The notes beneath the pieces are model-generated. The model was not told the origin of the DNA and did no database searches. It worked only from the letters and a program-made list of their open reading frames with translations. This document shows, piece after piece, positions 61,592 through 64,000 of a stretch of 64,000 bases of DNA. Position 1 is the stretch's first letter. The number at the start of each line of letters is the position of its first letter. The translations under genes and the position numbers were made by a program. This stretch comes from Mycobacterium sp. (GTDB taxonomy: Bacteria > Actinomycetota > Actinomycetes > Mycobacteriales > Mycobacteriaceae): assembly GCF_035314665.1 (NCBI RefSeq), contig NZ_DATFZD010000137.1:4617-68616 (forward strand), given 5' to 3'.

Positions 61592-61734
61592 ACGCGCTTC
61601 GCGCGATCCTGTCCGTGCCCGATCACCTCAGAATCGCCTTTGCCTGCCGGATCGGCTACCCCGCGGCACCCACCACCCGTTATCTGCGCGTTCGGCGCGA
61701 GCTGCGGCAGTTCGCACACCGCAGCCGCCACTGA
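61591..61734 (+). pseudogene. C-terminal fragment of a nitroreductase-family gene
   Basis: Reads ALRAILSVPDHLRIAFACRIGYPAAPTTRYLRVRRELRQFAH, with no N-terminal part. Confidence 0.5.
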
Positions 61735-61762
61735 ATCCTGTCTTTACCTGACCTGAAGTTGC

Positions 61763-62029
61763 CTATTTGGTCGTGGGGTGGGAGATCGCCGACTGCACCG
61801 CGCCGAACCGGTGCCGCGCTCGCTCGTCGGCGGCTTTCTGCTCGTCAGCGGTGACGACAATGGCATCCGGGCCCGGAAATACGGTTGCCGTGTGGCCGGT
61901 GTCGAGCCACTGCACCACATACGGTGGTGAACCATCGGACGAGTGCACCTCTGCGATGAGCCCCCGCTGGTCGGGTCGATCAACCGTCGCGCCCTTGATC
62001 AACAGCCAGTCTCCAACCTTCGCTTTCAT
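61763..62029 (-). CDS. DUF1918 protein, Rv0569 orthologue
   Basis: MKAKVGDWLLIKGAT...DGSPPYVVQW...GPDA, 88 aa. Confidence 0.88.
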   Translation of the reverse strand: MKAKVGDWLLIKGATVDRPDQRGLIAEVHSSDGSPPYVVQWLDTGHTATVFPGPDAIVVTADEQKAADERARHRFGAVQSAISHPTTK

Positions 62030-62083
62030 GAACATCCCTTCCATCGAAAGCTCAATCGTGCAGGCGTCCACAGTGGTGGCGGA

Positions 62084-62123
62084 AGGGCATCAGGCCCTAA
62101 CTCCCGTGGCCGAAAGTCCCTGA
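62084..62123. promoter_or_regulatory. Tandem DosR-like boxes in a divergent promoter
   Basis: Minus strand TCAGGGACTTTCGGCCA and TTAGGGCCTGATGCCCT, between two DosR-regulon homologues. Confidence 0.65.
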
Positions 62124-62251
62124 CCGCCGAGACCTCGGCAAGGCTGAGTCGACCGCCAAAGACCCGCCAGCACGGTGTCTTTGCGCTCTACGGCGCGCCA
62201 ACCGGGCATAGTCGAATCGAAGCCATAGGATCGCTGGACGAGGAGGCCATC

Positions 62252-62548
62252 ATGGGTTCATCAGCCCGGACCGCGGCCAGGCACACATGGTCGCTGTGGC
62301 GCCACTTCCACCTGGGAGACGCCGGTTCACCGATGACCCTGTATCAGCTAACAGATCGCCTGCACGAAGGACGCACAGTTCGGGTGCCGTGCAACGCCAT
62401 TGGTCCCACGGTCTCCGCGTGGTTGGCCGAATTGGGAGCCAACAGTCCTATGGTTGAAGACCTCGCGCGAGCGGTCCGGAACGGCGACTGGCCGACCGCC
62501 TATGCTGTCGGCGAACACCTGTCAGTTCACGTGGCTGTCGCAGCTTAA
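62252..62548 (+). CDS. Rv2628-like dormancy protein
   Basis: TLYQLTDRLHEGRTVRVP...WLAELG...LARAVRNGDWPTAYAVGEHLSV matches recalled Rv2628. AGGAGG RBS. Confidence 0.8.
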   Translation: MGSSARTAARHTWSLWRHFHLGDAGSPMTLYQLTDRLHEGRTVRVPCNAIGPTVSAWLAELGANSPMVEDLARAVRNGDWPTAYAVGEHLSVHVAVAA

Positions 62549-62630
62549 GCAACGTCTTCCTGGGCCGGTCCCTCGCAAAAGGACGTCATCGACCTTTCGC
62601 GTCACGCGCGCCGGGCCATTCCAATTCGGC

Positions 62631-63083
62631 TCACTCGCCCTCTTCGATGATGTGAACTGCGGCTTCCTCAGCGGAGGCGGCGCCGCCACTGATGCCAGCG
62701 TCCTCAGCAACGAGCTCCGCCTCGGTGTGTTCGCCAAATCCGCAGTCCGGTGCGACGAGCCGACCTGCTCGCCTACCGCCCACTTCTCGCGACTGAGGGA
62801 ATTCGGCTTCACGCTCGGCCGCATCGGAGCGCTGCTGCTCCTCGTTGTCGAGCCAGACATTAATTCGCGCTGCCGGGTCCGGCTCTTCCTCGGCAAGCTT
62901 CTGGTCCAGGCTTTCCGACGGTCCGAAGGCGCCGGGCCCGTATGGTTGCTCGGGCGGCGAAATACCTTCATCGAGTGCGTCATCGACGCCGCGGTCGATG
63001 AGGGTGTCCTCTGGCTGCAGCTGGTTGTCGTCGTCCAAACTGTATTCGCCCATCGCTGGGCCGGCGTCGTATCGAGTGCTCAT
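62631..63083 (-). CDS. DUF5709 acidic protein
   Basis: QLQPEDTL...RAGRLVAPD...GGAASAEEAAVH. Confidence 0.8.
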   Translation of the reverse strand: MSTRYDAGPAMGEYSLDDDNQLQPEDTLIDRGVDDALDEGISPPEQPYGPGAFGPSESLDQKLAEEEPDPAARINVWLDNEEQQRSDAAEREAEFPQSREVGGRRAGRLVAPDCGFGEHTEAELVAEDAGISGGAASAEEAAVHIIEEGE

Positions 63084-63194
63084 AACAATTGTCCCAGCTG
63101 GCCGGTGGTCATGGTGTTCTCCTGAATCGTTGGACATCCCGGCGAGCGGACTCGCGGGTCAACTGGAAGTTAAGTCGCAGCGAGCACACCGACC

Positions 63195-63212
63195 TAGGGT
63201 CGTTTGGCCCTC
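63195..63212. promoter_or_regulatory. DosR-like box upstream of the DUF5709 gene
   Basis: TAGGGTCGTTTGGCCCTC. Confidence 0.45.
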
Positions 63213-63245
63213 GATCCGGCAACTTTAGACACGCCGGCAGACGCC

Positions 63246-64000
63246 TCAGAACTCGGCGACCGCATGCTCCAGGCGCTCGGCCAGCCGGGCTTGCGCCTCG
63301 GCCCGCCGAGTGGGTATGTGCTGCGACGGGAAAGGCGTTGTCACCGGCTCATATTCACGCAGGGTCCGGCGGGCGACGGTCATCTTGTGCAGCTCGGTAG
63401 CGCCGTCGGCGATGCCCAGCGACTCGGCGGCCACCATCATCTTGACGAACGGCATCTCGTCGGAGACGCCGAGCGCGCCGTGCAGGTGCAGCGCCCGCTG
63501 TGCGACGTCGTGCAGCACCTGCGGCATGGCGACCTTGACCGCGGCGATGTCTCGGCGCACCTTCTGGTAGTCGTGGTGCTTGTCGATCAGCCAAGCCGTG
63601 CGCAGCACCAGCAGCCGGAACTGCTCGATCTGGATCCAGCTGTCGGCGATCTTCTCCTGGGTCATCTGGAAGTCGGCCAGCTTGCCGTGCCTGGTCTGCC
63701 GCGACACCGCGCGCTCACACATCATGTCGAAGGCCTTGCGCGCCAGGGCGATTGTGCGCATCGCGTGATGAATGCGGCCACCGCCGAGGCGGGTCTGCGC
63801 GATCATGAACGCCTGGCCTTCGCCGCCCAGCACGTGATCGGCCGGCACCCGGACGCCGTTGTAGCGGACGTAGCCGTGCGAGCCGTGCTTGCCCGACTCC
63901 CCTCCCACCGCGACGTTGCGGATGATCTCGATGCCCGGTGTCTCGCCAGGAACGATGAACAGCGACATCTTGTCGTACGTGCGGGCGTCGGGCTTGGTCA
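63246..64000 (-). CDS. fadE1: Acyl-CoA dehydrogenase (Rv0131c), 5' part outside the window
   Basis: RLGGGRIHHAMR, IADGATELHK, synteny with htdZ. Confidence 0.85.
   Translation of the reverse strand, partial: TKPDARTYDKMSLFIVPGETPGIEIIRNVAVGGESGKHGSHGYVRYNGVRVPADHVLGGEGQAFMIAQTRLGGGRIHHAMRTIALARKAFDMMCERAVSRQTRHGKLADFQMTQEKIADSWIQIEQFRLLVLRTAWLIDKHHDYQKVRRDIAAVKVAMPQVLHDVAQRALHLHGALGVSDEMPFVKMMVAAESLGIADGATELHKMTVARRTLREYEPVTTPFPSQHIPTRRAEAQARLAERLEHAVAEF

Noticed and set aside
63246-64000. Similarity between fadE1 and the ACAD at 2807-4105 as a sign of recent duplication
   Set aside because: Shared motifs are family-level and much of the sequence has diverged, indicating old paralogues.

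Overview
High-GC Mycobacterium chromosome segment, syntenic with the M. tuberculosis Rv0111-Rv0131c region (Rv0111 acyltransferase, ldtA, fusA2, Rv0121c, pepA, treS, mak, Rv0128, fbpC, htdZ, fadE1). All gene identities come from motif and sequence recall; no database search was run. The first ~33.6 kb is an accessory catabolic supercluster. It includes a 14-gene tightly coupled operon (Rieske oxygenase, Baeyer-Villiger monooxygenase, TauD dioxygenase, CoA transferase, atypical ThDP enzyme, ALDH, AcuI, hotdog dehydratase, CoA ligase, nicotinoprotein ADH). It also holds an APH-kinase/ACAD10-11-type pair, a lactonase-like propeller, a sulfotransferase-DUF1214 pair, and TetR and GntR regulators. 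A palindrome GAGAA-N5-TTCTC recurs at its promoters. Further along are an M-box (ykoK) Mg2+ riboswitch followed by uORFs, an unknown protein and an Nramp-related Mg2+ transporter, then a carboxylic acid reductase coupled to an MDR reductase. Near the end is a small DosR-box-rich islet with Rv0569- and Rv2628-like genes. Several pseudogenes and recombination scars are visible. No rRNA, tRNA, CRISPR array or transposase was seen.
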